From a virus (Duplodnaviria > Caudoviricetes), in the IMG/VR virus record IMGVR_UViG_3300042988_002859, positions 1-53,799 of that record: DNA of 53,799 bases; one strand, written 5' to 3'. Position numbers and translations under genes: made by a program. Below the pieces are notes generated by a model, which saw only the letters and a program-made list of their open reading frames with translations, searched no databases and was not told the DNA's origin. Below are positions 36,962 to 45,125 of the stretch, one piece after another (within the stretch, counting starts at the first letter, position 1; every line of letters begins with the position of its first letter).

Positions 36962-37692
36962 AGCAGCCCCCCCTCGTAGGTCTTGGCGGCAAAGTTTTCG
37001 GCGGCAGGTACGCGGCGGGCGCTTGGCTTGCCAGCGCGGCCAAAAGTCACGGCCTTATCGCACCAATTCCGCCACGCGGCTTGCCAGTCCAGCATCGTGC
37101 TGCCCTTGGCCTGGTGGTGGTTGCGAAAGCTCTCCAGCTCGACAGCAAGGGTGATGCCCTTGGCTTCGGCGTAGACCACGCCCGTTTCGTTGGGGTAAAA
37201 GTCGCCGGGTAGCTTGGCAGCGCGCTTGCGCGCCAAATCTATATTTGGTATTGGTATTGGTATTGGTATTGGTATTGGTATTGGTGGCATTGCATCAGCA
37301 TCAGGTTTTGATGCCACGGCATCGCCTTCTTGATGCTGCGGCATTGCCGATGCATTGCCGGGTTCCGCCGCTTGCTTCTGCCAGCGCTTGTTCGCTTTCT
37401 CGCGCTGCTTTTGCTGCTTCTCGCGCATGGCATCAATTTCGGCATCAGCACGGTGGTTCACCCAGCCTTCTGGGGTCAGTTCGAAGTACTCCTGCAGCAC
37501 CGTTTGCACGGCTTCGCGCTGGGTGTCGGTGGTGGCCAACACCAGGCGGCAGACCGCGCGCAGCTCGGCCGGCAGGGGCTTTTCGTGGGTGTAGTAGGTG
37601 TCCAGCAGGCGCCGATACGCGGCGTCTTCTTCCCAGCTCAAATGCCGGGTGGCGCTCAGGTAGTCGCCGATGTGGAAGGGGTAAAAGTTCAT
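36958..37692 (-). CDS. Replication initiator, YdaU/DUF1376 family
   Basis: YPFHIGDYL..T.HLS..E..AY..LLD.YY; WQAAWRNW C-terminus. Confidence 0.9.
   Translation of the reverse strand: MNFYPFHIGDYLSATRHLSWEEDAAYRRLLDTYYTHEKPLPAELRAVCRLVLATTDTQREAVQTVLQEYFELTPEGWVNHRADAEIDAMREKQQKQREKANKRWQKQAAEPGNASAMPQHQEGDAVASKPDADAMPPIPIPIPIPIPIPNIDLARKRAAKLPGDFYPNETGVVYAEAKGITLAVELESFRNHHQAKGSTMLDWQAAWRNWCDKAVTFGRAGKPSARRVPAAENFAAKTYEGGLL
37245..37285. repeat. (TTGGTA)6 plus partial unit, encoding poly(Pro-Ile)
   Basis: Six perfect hexamers followed by TTGGT. Confidence 0.95.
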
Positions 37693-37784
37693 GCCTCACC
37701 CTCCCCGGGCAGCGCGATTACCTGCTTTTCAAGGCTGGTACCCGGCACGATGGCGGGCCATGGTTTTTTGATGGGCGTGTTCAT
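37689..37784 (-). CDS. 31-aa peptide (not in ORF track)
   Basis: MNTPIKKPWPAIVPGTSLEKQVIALPGEGEA; TGATG and ATGA overlaps with its neighbours. Confidence 0.5.
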   Translation of the reverse strand: MNTPIKKPWPAIVPGTSLEKQVIALPGEGEA

Positions 37785-38038
37785 CACAGTCCGCCTTTGG
37801 TTGGAACAAGTTGTGACGATCCGAAGACCCCGCTGATGCGCGACTGGTGCACCATCAGCACATGCTCAGACCCATACAGAGTTACCTCAATCAAGTGCGC
37901 GATGTACTCGGACGCAGAAATACCCAGCTCGTGACACTTTCGGTCGAGGTCACTCTTGGTTTCAAAGTGCAGGCATGCGGTGACCTTTTCGGCGCGCTTG
38001 CCGGTGAAGTTGTGTCGGCTGAATGCAATGGCGTTCAT
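37784..38038 (-). CDS. Ribbon-helix-helix-like regulator in the cII position
   Basis: Beta strand EKVTACL, then ETKSDLDRKCHELGISASEYIAHLI. Confidence 0.75.
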   Translation of the reverse strand: MNAIAFSRHNFTGKRAEKVTACLHFETKSDLDRKCHELGISASEYIAHLIEVTLYGSEHVLMVHQSRISGVFGSSQLVPTKGGL

Positions 38039-38352
38039 GGCGTGTACTCGTCGCCACCATTGAGAAAGATCGGCTTATCCAGGCTCTGACCGATCGCGTG
38101 CGCAGTCTGGAGACTCATCAGGCCGACAAGATGCGTTATGAGCTTGCACAGGTCGGCACCAGGGGGCAGTTCTGCGCCTATCGCTTGCGCCCTGCTGGCG
38201 AACTCACGGAGGCTCAAAGCGAGCCCACACATCTCATCTGTCAACCGTGCTTCGAGGGTGGAAAGAAGAGCGTCCTTGTCGTTGAGCAATTCCCGGCATT
38301 CCTGCGCTAAAGGTGCAACGTGTGCAAGGAGGAATTTTCCGGCTGATGTCAT
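38035..38352 (-). CDS. Hypothetical 105-aa protein, antisense to a zinc-ribbon pseudogene
   Basis: ATGA overlaps with cro upstream and the RHH gene downstream. Confidence 0.5.
   Translation of the reverse strand: MTSAGKFLLAHVAPLAQECRELLNDKDALLSTLEARLTDEMCGLALSLREFASRAQAIGAELPPGADLCKLITHLVGLMSLQTAHAIGQSLDKPIFLNGGDEYTP
38050..38346 (+). pseudogene. Remnant of a prophage coiled-coil/zinc-ribbon gene
   Basis: RYEL..G.F.AYR..EPTHLICQPCFEGGKKSVL, in-frame TAA at 38308-38310, then RCNVCK; no convincing start. Confidence 0.6.
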
Positions 38353-38579
38353 GACTTGGCCTCCCGCTGGGCCAGCTCTGGCCAGATCAGGTGTGCGCGC
38401 TTCTGACACAACATCGACCGATGAAGCTCACCACCGGTAACGATTTCCAGCCGCATCGCCTCTTCTGGCGCCATGTCCCGCCGACCAGTGAGGCACTGAT
38501 AGAGGTAGTCTGAGTTGGTGTTGTGCAGGGCGGCAAGCTCGGTGCGCCGCTTTGCGGTGATGGTTTGAGGTGCGTTCAT
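38349..38579 (-). CDS. cro: Cro/YdaS-like HTH regulator
   Basis: YLYQCLTGRR..P..A.RLE..TGG; divergent from cI. Confidence 0.85.
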   Translation of the reverse strand: MNAPQTITAKRRTELAALHNTNSDYLYQCLTGRRDMAPEEAMRLEIVTGGELHRSMLCQKRAHLIWPELAQREAKS

Positions 38580-38585
38580 GCCGGC

Positions 38586-38646
38586 ATCCTAGCGTAACGC
38601 TATGCACTAGTCAAGCGAAACGCCTGAAAACACAAGCACAACGCTA
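38586..38646 (-). promoter_or_regulatory. PR-like promoter with three operators
   Basis: TTGACT (38609-14), 17 nt, TAGGAT (38586-91); AGCG-N3-CGCT-type sites at 38590-38602, 38613-38625, 38634-38646. Confidence 0.8.
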
Positions 38647-38662
38647 GAAGCAAGGCGGAATA

Positions 38663-39370
38663 ATGACTTCAACCATGAAAACCGAGAGTTCAGACCCGTT
38701 TGTCCAAGCGCTTGCGAGCCTTTGTGAGCGCCATGGTGGGCACAAGGCTGTGGCGCAGCGCATCGGCGTGAGTGCCGAAAACCTGTGGCAAATCCTCAAT
38801 GGCATTCGCCTCCCCTCGGGCAACCCTCGCGGTGTGGGGCCCCGGCTGAGGGCGGCGATTGCCTCCACCTACCCCGATTGGCTTGAGCGGCATCCAGTGG
38901 CTGTTGGCGATCCACCGGGCAAGCTGCCCATCAGCCTTGATGCCAACCCCGACTACCCTGCCGTTCGCCGTGTCCGCATCAAGGCGTTAGCCGGTGTGAA
39001 TGGCTATGCCGTCGAGCACATGGACGAGGACGGGCCGCCCATCGTGTTTCGGGCCGACTGGTTTCGGGCGCACGGCTACCGGCCCGACAAGCTGGTGGCC
39101 CTGCGGGTGTGCGGGCAGTCGATGGAGCCCAGCTTGTACGAGGGCGATTTAATCGTGGTCAACACGCAACAAACAGAGCCCAAGGATGGTCGGGTGTTCG
39201 TGGTGCTTTATGAGGGCGTTGTGTCCGTCAAGCGCTTGGTGCGCGATGCCGGCGCCTGGTGGCTGGAGTCGGACAACGCCGACAAGCGGGCGTTCCCGCG
39301 CAAGGCCTGCACGGATGAAACCACCGTGCCTGTGGGTGAGGTGGTCTACAAGCAGAGTGAGCGGATATGA
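38663..39370 (+). CDS. cI: CI-like repressor, HTH plus S24 peptidase
   Basis: HTH, LAG cleavage site, GQSMEP, VKRL, LESDN. Confidence 0.93.
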   Translation: MTSTMKTESSDPFVQALASLCERHGGHKAVAQRIGVSAENLWQILNGIRLPSGNPRGVGPRLRAAIASTYPDWLERHPVAVGDPPGKLPISLDANPDYPAVRRVRIKALAGVNGYAVEHMDEDGPPIVFRADWFRAHGYRPDKLVALRVCGQSMEPSLYEGDLIVVNTQQTEPKDGRVFVVLYEGVVSVKRLVRDAGAWWLESDNADKRAFPRKACTDETTVPVGEVVYKQSERI

Positions 39371-39618
39371 GTCCTGTGTTTTCTCGGTCCAGCATTGGCG
39401 GCAAGAAGAATTCGGAGATCAAAGCCCGGGTGTCTGATGAGACCAAGTTCGCGCTCCAGCGCAAGTGTCATGAGCTGGGCATCACCGAGTCCGAGTACCT
39501 GGACAAGCTTGTCAACATCTCCCTGTTTGGCATTGACGAGGTGATCGAGGGCGAAAGGCAAAAAGCCCAAGGCATAGTAGGTTTGTGGAACAAAGTGACC
39601 ACCATGGGAGGACGATAA
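39367..39618 (+). CDS. RHH-like regulator, paralogue of 37784-38038, coupled to cI
   Basis: ETKFALQRKCHELGITESEY; ATGA overlap with cI. Confidence 0.75.
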   Translation: MSPVFSRSSIGGKKNSEIKARVSDETKFALQRKCHELGITESEYLDKLVNISLFGIDEVIEGERQKAQGIVGLWNKVTTMGGR

Positions 39619-39658
39619 TTTTGTTAAATAAATGCTCCATCAACCAAAAGGAGTATTT

Positions 39659-39781
39659 ATGAAGTTTCTAGCAGCCATCGCCCTGTGCGTCGCCAGTTTG
39701 TCGGCCTTTGCTCACTCGGGCGGCACCGACTCCAATAAGTGTCACACCAACAGCAAAACCGGCTACTACCACTGCCACTGA
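39659..39781 (+). CDS. Small secreted YHYH-type peptide (40 aa, not in ORF track)
   Basis: AAGGAG RBS; MKFLAAIALCVASLSAFA-HSGGTDSNKCHTNSKTGYYHCH. Confidence 0.85.
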   Translation: MKFLAAIALCVASLSAFAHSGGTDSNKCHTNSKTGYYHCH

Positions 39782-39793
39782 GGACGTGAAATC

Positions 39794-40144
39794 ATGAGGC
39801 AAGTTTTCATTGGCTTCGTTTTGGCTACAGCATCCCTTGTGGCCAGCGCATCGTGTTTTGGTTCTGGCTCCACAACCACCTGCACCGATGCAAGTGGCAA
39901 CAACTACAGTACCTACCGCAGCGGTAACGGCAGTCACACCTACGGCAGCAACGCCAATACCGGGTCCACCTGGAACCAAAGCACCTACCGCAACGGCAAC
40001 ACATCGAGCACCTACGGCACCGCTTCAGATGGCAGCACCTGGAATTCGACCACATTCAACAACGGCAGCTCGACCACCACGTTCGGCACCGATAGCCGAG
40101 GCAACACCTTCACCAGAACGTGTAGCGCGGCGGGATGCTTCTGA
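39794..40144 (+). CDS. Secreted Ser/Thr/Gly/Asn-rich protein
   Basis: Signal peptide; repeated T(Y/F)G....G..W units; terminal Cys pairs. Confidence 0.8.
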   Translation: MRQVFIGFVLATASLVASASCFGSGSTTTCTDASGNNYSTYRSGNGSHTYGSNANTGSTWNQSTYRNGNTSSTYGTASDGSTWNSTTFNNGSSTTTFGTDSRGNTFTRTCSAAGCF

Positions 40145-40152
40145 GGCGCGCC

Positions 40153-40320
40153 ATGCGAGTGCTTGGATGGATTCTCATTGGCCTTGGCGTTTTGCTGGGC
40201 ATCGGCGGGGCTGCAACCGCCATGAAACCCAGCATCTACCCCATAGCCACAATCATCGGCGCCTTCGCCATCCCGGCTCTGCTGATCTATGCTGGGTGGA
40301 TCCTGGTCCAAAAGAAATAA
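40153..40320 (+). CDS. Small two-TM membrane protein
   Basis: GAGG RBS; MRVLGWILIGLGVLL...LLIYAGWILVQKK. Confidence 0.7.
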   Translation: MRVLGWILIGLGVLLGIGGAATAMKPSIYPIATIIGAFAIPALLIYAGWILVQKK

Positions 40321-40341
40321 CAAGCGCTGCACCCTACACAC

Positions 40342-40363
40342 ACCGCCTCCGGGCGGTTTTTTT
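40342..40363 (+). terminator. Intrinsic terminator of the cI operon
   Basis: ACCGCC-TCCG-GGCGGT followed by a T run. Confidence 0.85.
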
Positions 40364-40438
40364 ACGCCCGCCGCAGACCGCCGCGCCGCTGCATGGCTCC
40401 GCTTGGCTCTGTGTGCCGCAATTTTTTTGCCCGACAAC

Positions 40439-40478
40439 TAGCGTAACGCTTGACATATTAGCGATTCGCTAGTACAGT
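40439..40478 (+). promoter_or_regulatory. PL-like promoter with two operators
   Basis: TTGACA (40450-55), 17 nt, TACAGT (40473-78); TAGCGTAACGCTT and TAGCGATTCGCTA. Confidence 0.88.
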
Positions 40479-40619
40479 TCCACCCCATCGCAGCGATGCA
40501 GCGAAACGACCCAGCCCCAGCGATACGGGGGCGCACCGAACAGGATGCAAACGGGGGTCCAGGTCCGAAGGGGCCGCAGCACAAAAGCAACGCCGCGTGG
40601 GTGATCGCACCCCAAGCAG

Positions 40620-40630
40620 GCTCTTTAAAA
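40620..40630 (+). promoter_or_regulatory. boxA-like antitermination element
   Basis: GCTCTTTAAAA versus consensus GCTCTTTAACA, in the PL leader. Confidence 0.6.
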
Positions 40631-40997
40631 CCGCTGCACAGATGAATAGGCGCACACAGTTGAAAGCGCCCTGCCCTTGTCCCTGCCGGGCAGAACGCAA
40701 AACGGCAGAAAACTGGTCCTCCCTGGCTGAGCGTGGCGCGTGCTGCGCGTTGACGCCACAGGGCCTGATCTTCACAGACGCCTACCCACGATGGCGCGGT
40801 AATCGTGGGCAAGCGGCACCCTGCCGGGCTGGCAGAGGTGCCGCGCAGACACCCCAGCGGTGTCTGTTGTGCGGGTTCATGGGTGCAGTCGGTTGGCGCG
40901 GCTGCTTTTTGTCGAGTCTTCTTGTTAGGGAAAAGAAACACTGCCCCATGTGAGCCCATGAGTCTGCACAACAAACACCACTGGACTGGAGACACCC

Positions 40998-41330
40998 ATG
41001 AGCTACGACGAATTGCTACTTTACCGCCACAGCGCCACAGAAACAGCCGCCGAACTTGAAGCCGAGCGCCAGGAACTGAGGATAGAGACATGGCGCACCG
41101 AATTCAGACGGGCAGCCGCCAGCTGTGACATCCACACCGAGTCAGGCATCCGGTGCCTGCCCAAGATGGTCGACGTTTTCTCCGAAGCCCTGGCGGAGGA
41201 CAGCGAAACCGTCCACAACGAGGCGTTTCGCGCCCTGCTGCTGCTGGCCCGCAAAGGCCAAATCGAAGCCGTGGAGTGGCTCAAAAAACTCGAAGACCGG
41301 TATGTGGCGTTCAGGGAGACTTGGCAATGA
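40998..41330 (+). CDS. Hypothetical early protein
   Basis: 110 aa, GGAG RBS, first ORF of the coupled PL chain. Confidence 0.75.
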   Translation: MSYDELLLYRHSATETAAELEAERQELRIETWRTEFRRAAASCDIHTESGIRCLPKMVDVFSEALAEDSETVHNEAFRALLLLARKGQIEAVEWLKKLEDRYVAFRETWQ

Positions 41331-41509
41331 GCATCGAAGCAATGAAGCAGGCGCTGGAGGCGCTGCAAAACGCAGAGGCCCGGCTGACTTTGCTGATCGA
41401 GCGCGACCAGCACAAGCTACTAGATGTATTGGCGCGAGACGCCGCCCGCGCCGCCATTGCCAAAGCAACGGGGGCCGCACAACCCATCCAACCGGAGAGT
41501 GTGTCATGA
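41327..41509 (+). CDS. Hypothetical protein
   Basis: MSIEAMKQALEAL...ARAAIAKATG, a common phage motif; ATGA coupling. Confidence 0.7.
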   Translation: MSIEAMKQALEALQNAEARLTLLIERDQHKLLDVLARDAARAAIAKATGAAQPIQPESVS

Positions 41510-41664
41510 AGCGTTTTACCGTCACCATCACCAGTGCCCAGGGCTTGCGCCAGATGACGGGGATTTTCCGCAGCCAATGGGACGCCGTCTTGGCGGGTAT
41601 GGACCAGCTTGAAGAAAGCCAGATGGCGGGCCGTGTCTCTGCCAAATTGGAGCCCAGCGCATGA
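41506..41664 (+). CDS. Hypothetical protein
   Basis: MKRFTVTI...; GGAG RBS, ATGA coupling. Confidence 0.7.
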   Translation: MKRFTVTITSAQGLRQMTGIFRSQWDAVLAGMDQLEESQMAGRVSAKLEPSA

Positions 41665-41915
41665 TCATCACCACCCCCGCCAACCCGCCGCCGCCACAGC
41701 GCAAACGCCCGTGGCCATTTACCCCCACCACCCCAGAAAACAGCCCGCCAAAGAGCGGGTTTTTTTGCGCCCAGAGCATGAAAAAACACCTTCGCATGGC
41801 CGAAAAGATCGAGCGACGCGCCGAAGCCGCACTTGAGTTTCTTTGGCGTCTTTCAATGACGGCCCTGGGCGCTTTTCTGGTGATCAAGTGGGTGGAGGTG
41901 CCAGGTGTCTTTTGA
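41661..41915 (+). CDS. Hypothetical protein with C-terminal TM segment
   Basis: Coupled start; spans a terminator-like hairpin; alternative start at 41778. Confidence 0.5.
   Translation: MIITTPANPPPPQRKRPWPFTPTTPENSPPKSGFFCAQSMKKHLRMAEKIERRAEAALEFLWRLSMTALGAFLVIKWVEVPGVF
41743..41766 (+). terminator. Intrinsic terminator-like hairpin inside an ORF
   Basis: GCCCGC-CAAAGA-GCGGGT followed by T6. Confidence 0.65.
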
Positions 41916-42189
41916 ATTTTGGATTCACCGCGTGCCTCCCGGCCCCGGCCTTCGGCACACCGCCCACCACGCGCCCCAGGGCGTCCACATCAAAGCACCG
42001 CTCTTGCCCGTACAGCGGCAGGGGCGGGATTTGACCATCTGGGTGCTGCGCACCCTGTTCGTGGTCTGTACGGCAGCCGCCGTTGTCTTGGGCGCCCTGC
42101 CCAGGGCAAGTCAAAACGCGCACTGCACTCCGACAGACCCACACGCCACCGACTGCCGCACACCTGCGGCCAAAGAGAAAAAACCATGA
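41905..42189 (+). CDS. Hypothetical membrane protein
   Basis: GGAGG RBS, one TM segment, ATGA overlap with recT. Confidence 0.55.
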   Translation: MSFEFWIHRVPPGPGLRHTAHHAPQGVHIKAPLLPVQRQGRDLTIWVLRTLFVVCTAAAVVLGALPRASQNAHCTPTDPHATDCRTPAAKEKKP

Positions 42190-43223
42190 CAGCAGTTCAA
42201 AATACCCCCGCCCGCAACATTGCCGACATGAAGCCCAAAGAGCAGATCGCGTACCTGCTCAAGACCAAGCAAGCCGAAATCGCCAAGATGCTGCCCAAGC
42301 ACCTGAACGCCGAGCGTTTGCTCAAAGTCGCGCAAATCGCTGCCACCACCACCCCGGCATTGGCCAAGTGCGATGTGGCCAGTCTGGTGGGCGCCATCGG
42401 CCAATGTGCACAAATGGGGCTCGAGCCCAACACGGTGCTGGGCCACGCCTACCTGGTTCCCTTCAACACCAAACGCCGCGATGCCCAGGGTGGCGAGCGC
42501 TGGGTCAACAGCGTGCAGGTCGTGATTGGCTACAAGGGCTTGATCGACTTGGCCCGCCGCTCCGGCCAGATCGTGAGCATTGCCGCGCACGAAGTCTGTG
42601 AGCGCGACAAGTTTGAGTTGGTCTACGGCCTCAACGAGCGCCTGGACCACACCCCGGCCATGGGCGAGCGTGGCGAAATCATCGGCTTTTACGCCATCGC
42701 CAAGCTCAAAGACGGCGGGCACTGTTTCGAGTTCATGAGCCGCCTGCAGGTCGAGGACATTCGCAACGGCTCGCAAGGTTGGCAACAGGCGGTCAAGTAC
42801 AAAAAACATGAGCAGCACCCCTGGCAAGCCCATTTCCCCGAAATGGGCCGCAAAACCGTGATCCGCCGCCTTGCCAAGTTCCTGCCCCTGTCAATTGAGT
42901 TCCAGACCGCCGCCGCCCTCGACAGCATGGCCGAAGCGGGCAAAGACCAAGCCCTGGACACCATCGACGGTGAATTCACTTTCATTGCAGACGGCGAGTT
43001 CAGCGGCGCCGTGGTCGATGCGGACGGCGTGATTCTTGACGATGGCCGAAGCGATCAAAAAGCCATTGAATACATGAGTGACGCAGCCTTCCAGGCCAAG
43101 GCCAAGGAGTGGGAGCAAGCCATTTTGGGCGGCACACCCGCCAATGAACTGATCGCCATGATCGAAACCAAGACGCCGTTGAGCAACGATCAAAAAATGC
43201 AAATCGCGGGCTGGAAGCACTGA
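42186..43223 (+). CDS. recT: RecT single-strand annealing protein
   Basis: GLEP..LGHAYLVPF, IGYKGLIDLARRSG, EMGRKTVIRRL.K.LP.S. Confidence 0.95.
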   Translation: MTAVQNTPARNIADMKPKEQIAYLLKTKQAEIAKMLPKHLNAERLLKVAQIAATTTPALAKCDVASLVGAIGQCAQMGLEPNTVLGHAYLVPFNTKRRDAQGGERWVNSVQVVIGYKGLIDLARRSGQIVSIAAHEVCERDKFELVYGLNERLDHTPAMGERGEIIGFYAIAKLKDGGHCFEFMSRLQVEDIRNGSQGWQQAVKYKKHEQHPWQAHFPEMGRKTVIRRLAKFLPLSIEFQTAAALDSMAEAGKDQALDTIDGEFTFIADGEFSGAVVDADGVILDDGRSDQKAIEYMSDAAFQAKAKEWEQAILGGTPANELIAMIETKTPLSNDQKMQIAGWKH

Positions 43224-43248
43224 CAAGCGCAGCCACCGTCACACCACC

Positions 43249-43273
43249 AAGCCCGCCCCTGCGGGCTTTTTTC
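43249..43273 (+). terminator. Intrinsic terminator
   Basis: AAGCCCGC-CCCT-GCGGGCTT followed by a T run. Confidence 0.8.
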
Positions 43274-43292
43274 TTTGCCACAAAGAGCCACC

Positions 43293-44972
43293 ATGAAAAT
43301 CCTCAAACTGATCCAGGGCACCCCCGAATGGGCTGCCCACCGCGCCCACCACTTCAACGCCAGCGATGCCCCGGCCATGATGGGCTGCAGCGACAACCAG
43401 ACCCGCACCGAGCTGATGACGGCGCTGCACACCGGATTGCAGCGCGAACACAGCGATTACGTGCAAGAGCGCATTCTTAACCCGGGCCACCGCTTTGAGG
43501 AACTGGCCCGCCCCCTGGCTGAAAACATCATCGGATCGGACCTCTACCCGGTCACCGGCTCTGACGATGTAGACGGCTTGCCACTGTCGGCAAGCTTTGA
43601 CGGCCTGACCATGGACCGGCGCACAGCCTTTGAACACAAACGCCTCAACGCCACGCTGATCGAAACCATGACACCCGAATGCACAGGGGCCATGTTGCCC
43701 CTCAAGTACCAAGTGCAAATGGAGCAGCAGTGCATCGTCTCGGGCTGCCAGCGCGTGCTGTTCATGGCCAGCGACTGGAGCGCTGACGGCAACCTGATCG
43801 AAGAGCGCCATTGCTGGTACGAACCGAACCCGGCGCTGGCCGCTGAAATCCTTGCGGGCTGGAAGCAGCTGCAGGCCGAAATGCCGACCTTCACGCCACA
43901 CGCGCCCACCGTCAAGCCGGTGGGCAAGACCATGGAGACGCTGCCCGCCCTGCACATCGCCGTGACCGGCGCAGTGACGGCCTCCAACCTGGGCGACTTC
44001 AAGGCGCACGCGCTGGCCGTGTTCGACGGCATCAACCGCACGCTGACCACCGATCAGGAATTTGCCGATGCCGAAGCCGCCGTGAAGTGGTGCGGCGAAG
44101 TGGAGACGCGCCTGAAAGCCGCCAAAGACCACGCCCTGAGCCAGGCCAGCGACATCTACACCCTGCTGTCCACCCTGGATGAGGTGTCTGAGGAAGCCCG
44201 CAAGGTGCGCCTGGAGCTGGGCAAACTGGTTGAGCAGCGCAAAACCGCCATCCGCACGGAAATCGTGGCCAAAGCCGCAGAGGGCTACCGGACACACATC
44301 GCGCAACTCAATCAGAACCTGGGCCGTCAAATTCTGCCCGGCCCCCTGACGCCGCCAGACTTCGCCACCGCCATCAAGGGCAAGCGCAGCATCGATAGCC
44401 TGAAAAACGCCGCAGACACCGAGCTGGCCAAGGCCAAAACGCAGGCCAACCTCTTGGCCGAACGCGTGACCAGCAACTTGCAAACGCTGTCCGCTCAGAC
44501 CGAGTACGCCAGTTTGTTCCCGGACACCGCCACGTTGGCCCTGAAGCTGCCCGACGATCTGGATGCCATCATCCAGTCGCGCATCGCCACCCACCAAGCC
44601 AACGAAGCCGCACGCAAGGCCAAAGACGCCCAGGCGCAGCCACCCGTGGCGCCGACATCCGCCGCCCAGGACGAAGCACACAAGGCCAGCGTGGACCTGA
44701 CCAGTCCGCTGGCGGTGCAGGCCATGGCATCGGCGGTGCTGGCCCAGGTCGCCGAAGACAGCAAGACCCTGAAGCTGGGCGAAATCACCCAGCGCCTGGG
44801 CCTGCCCATGACAGCCGACATGCTTAGCCAACTGGGCTTCTCGCCCGTGGGCACGGAGCGAGCCGCCAAGCTCTACCGCGAAAGCGACTTTGTGCGCATC
44901 TGCGATGCCCTGATCGTCCACATCCAGCGGGCCAAGACTGTTGCCGCCGCCACCCAGGCGCAGCCCGCCTGA
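43293..44972 (+). CDS. YqaJ-like (lambda exonuclease family) recombination nuclease with long helical C-terminus
   Basis: QGTPEW...R..NASD, GHRFE, SASFDGL, FEHK, YQVQMEQQ. Confidence 0.9.
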   Translation: MKILKLIQGTPEWAAHRAHHFNASDAPAMMGCSDNQTRTELMTALHTGLQREHSDYVQERILNPGHRFEELARPLAENIIGSDLYPVTGSDDVDGLPLSASFDGLTMDRRTAFEHKRLNATLIETMTPECTGAMLPLKYQVQMEQQCIVSGCQRVLFMASDWSADGNLIEERHCWYEPNPALAAEILAGWKQLQAEMPTFTPHAPTVKPVGKTMETLPALHIAVTGAVTASNLGDFKAHALAVFDGINRTLTTDQEFADAEAAVKWCGEVETRLKAAKDHALSQASDIYTLLSTLDEVSEEARKVRLELGKLVEQRKTAIRTEIVAKAAEGYRTHIAQLNQNLGRQILPGPLTPPDFATAIKGKRSIDSLKNAADTELAKAKTQANLLAERVTSNLQTLSAQTEYASLFPDTATLALKLPDDLDAIIQSRIATHQANEAARKAKDAQAQPPVAPTSAAQDEAHKASVDLTSPLAVQAMASAVLAQVAEDSKTLKLGEITQRLGLPMTADMLSQLGFSPVGTERAAKLYRESDFVRICDALIVHIQRAKTVAAATQAQPA

Positions 44973-45025
44973 GCCCACCAACCCCAGCCCGCCAGCGCCG
45001 GGGTATGGCGGCCCGCTTCCACTGG

Positions 45026-45114
45026 TGATACACTGGCGCTGCCTCGAAAGAGGTGGAGACTCAAAAACTCCAAGGATCAGCGGCAACCGCACCCGACAGC
45101 ACAGCGGTTTTTTT
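45026..45114 (+). promoter_or_regulatory. Extended -10 promoter and c4 upstream target region with terminator-like hairpin
   Basis: TGaTACACT; TCAAAAA (45061-67) and GGATCAGC (45074-81) complementary to c4 loops; ACCGC..GCGGT followed by a T run. Confidence 0.7.
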
Positions 45115-45125
45115 ACGCCCCGGTT

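Noticed and set aside
37245-37285. CRISPR-like or telomere-like array
   Set aside because: Simple in-frame hexamer repeat with no spacers; no cas genes anywhere in the window
40597-40953. 118-aa ORF in the PL leader as an N-like antiterminator
   Set aside because: No RBS or clear arginine-rich motif, and it overlaps strong RNA hairpins; not fully excluded
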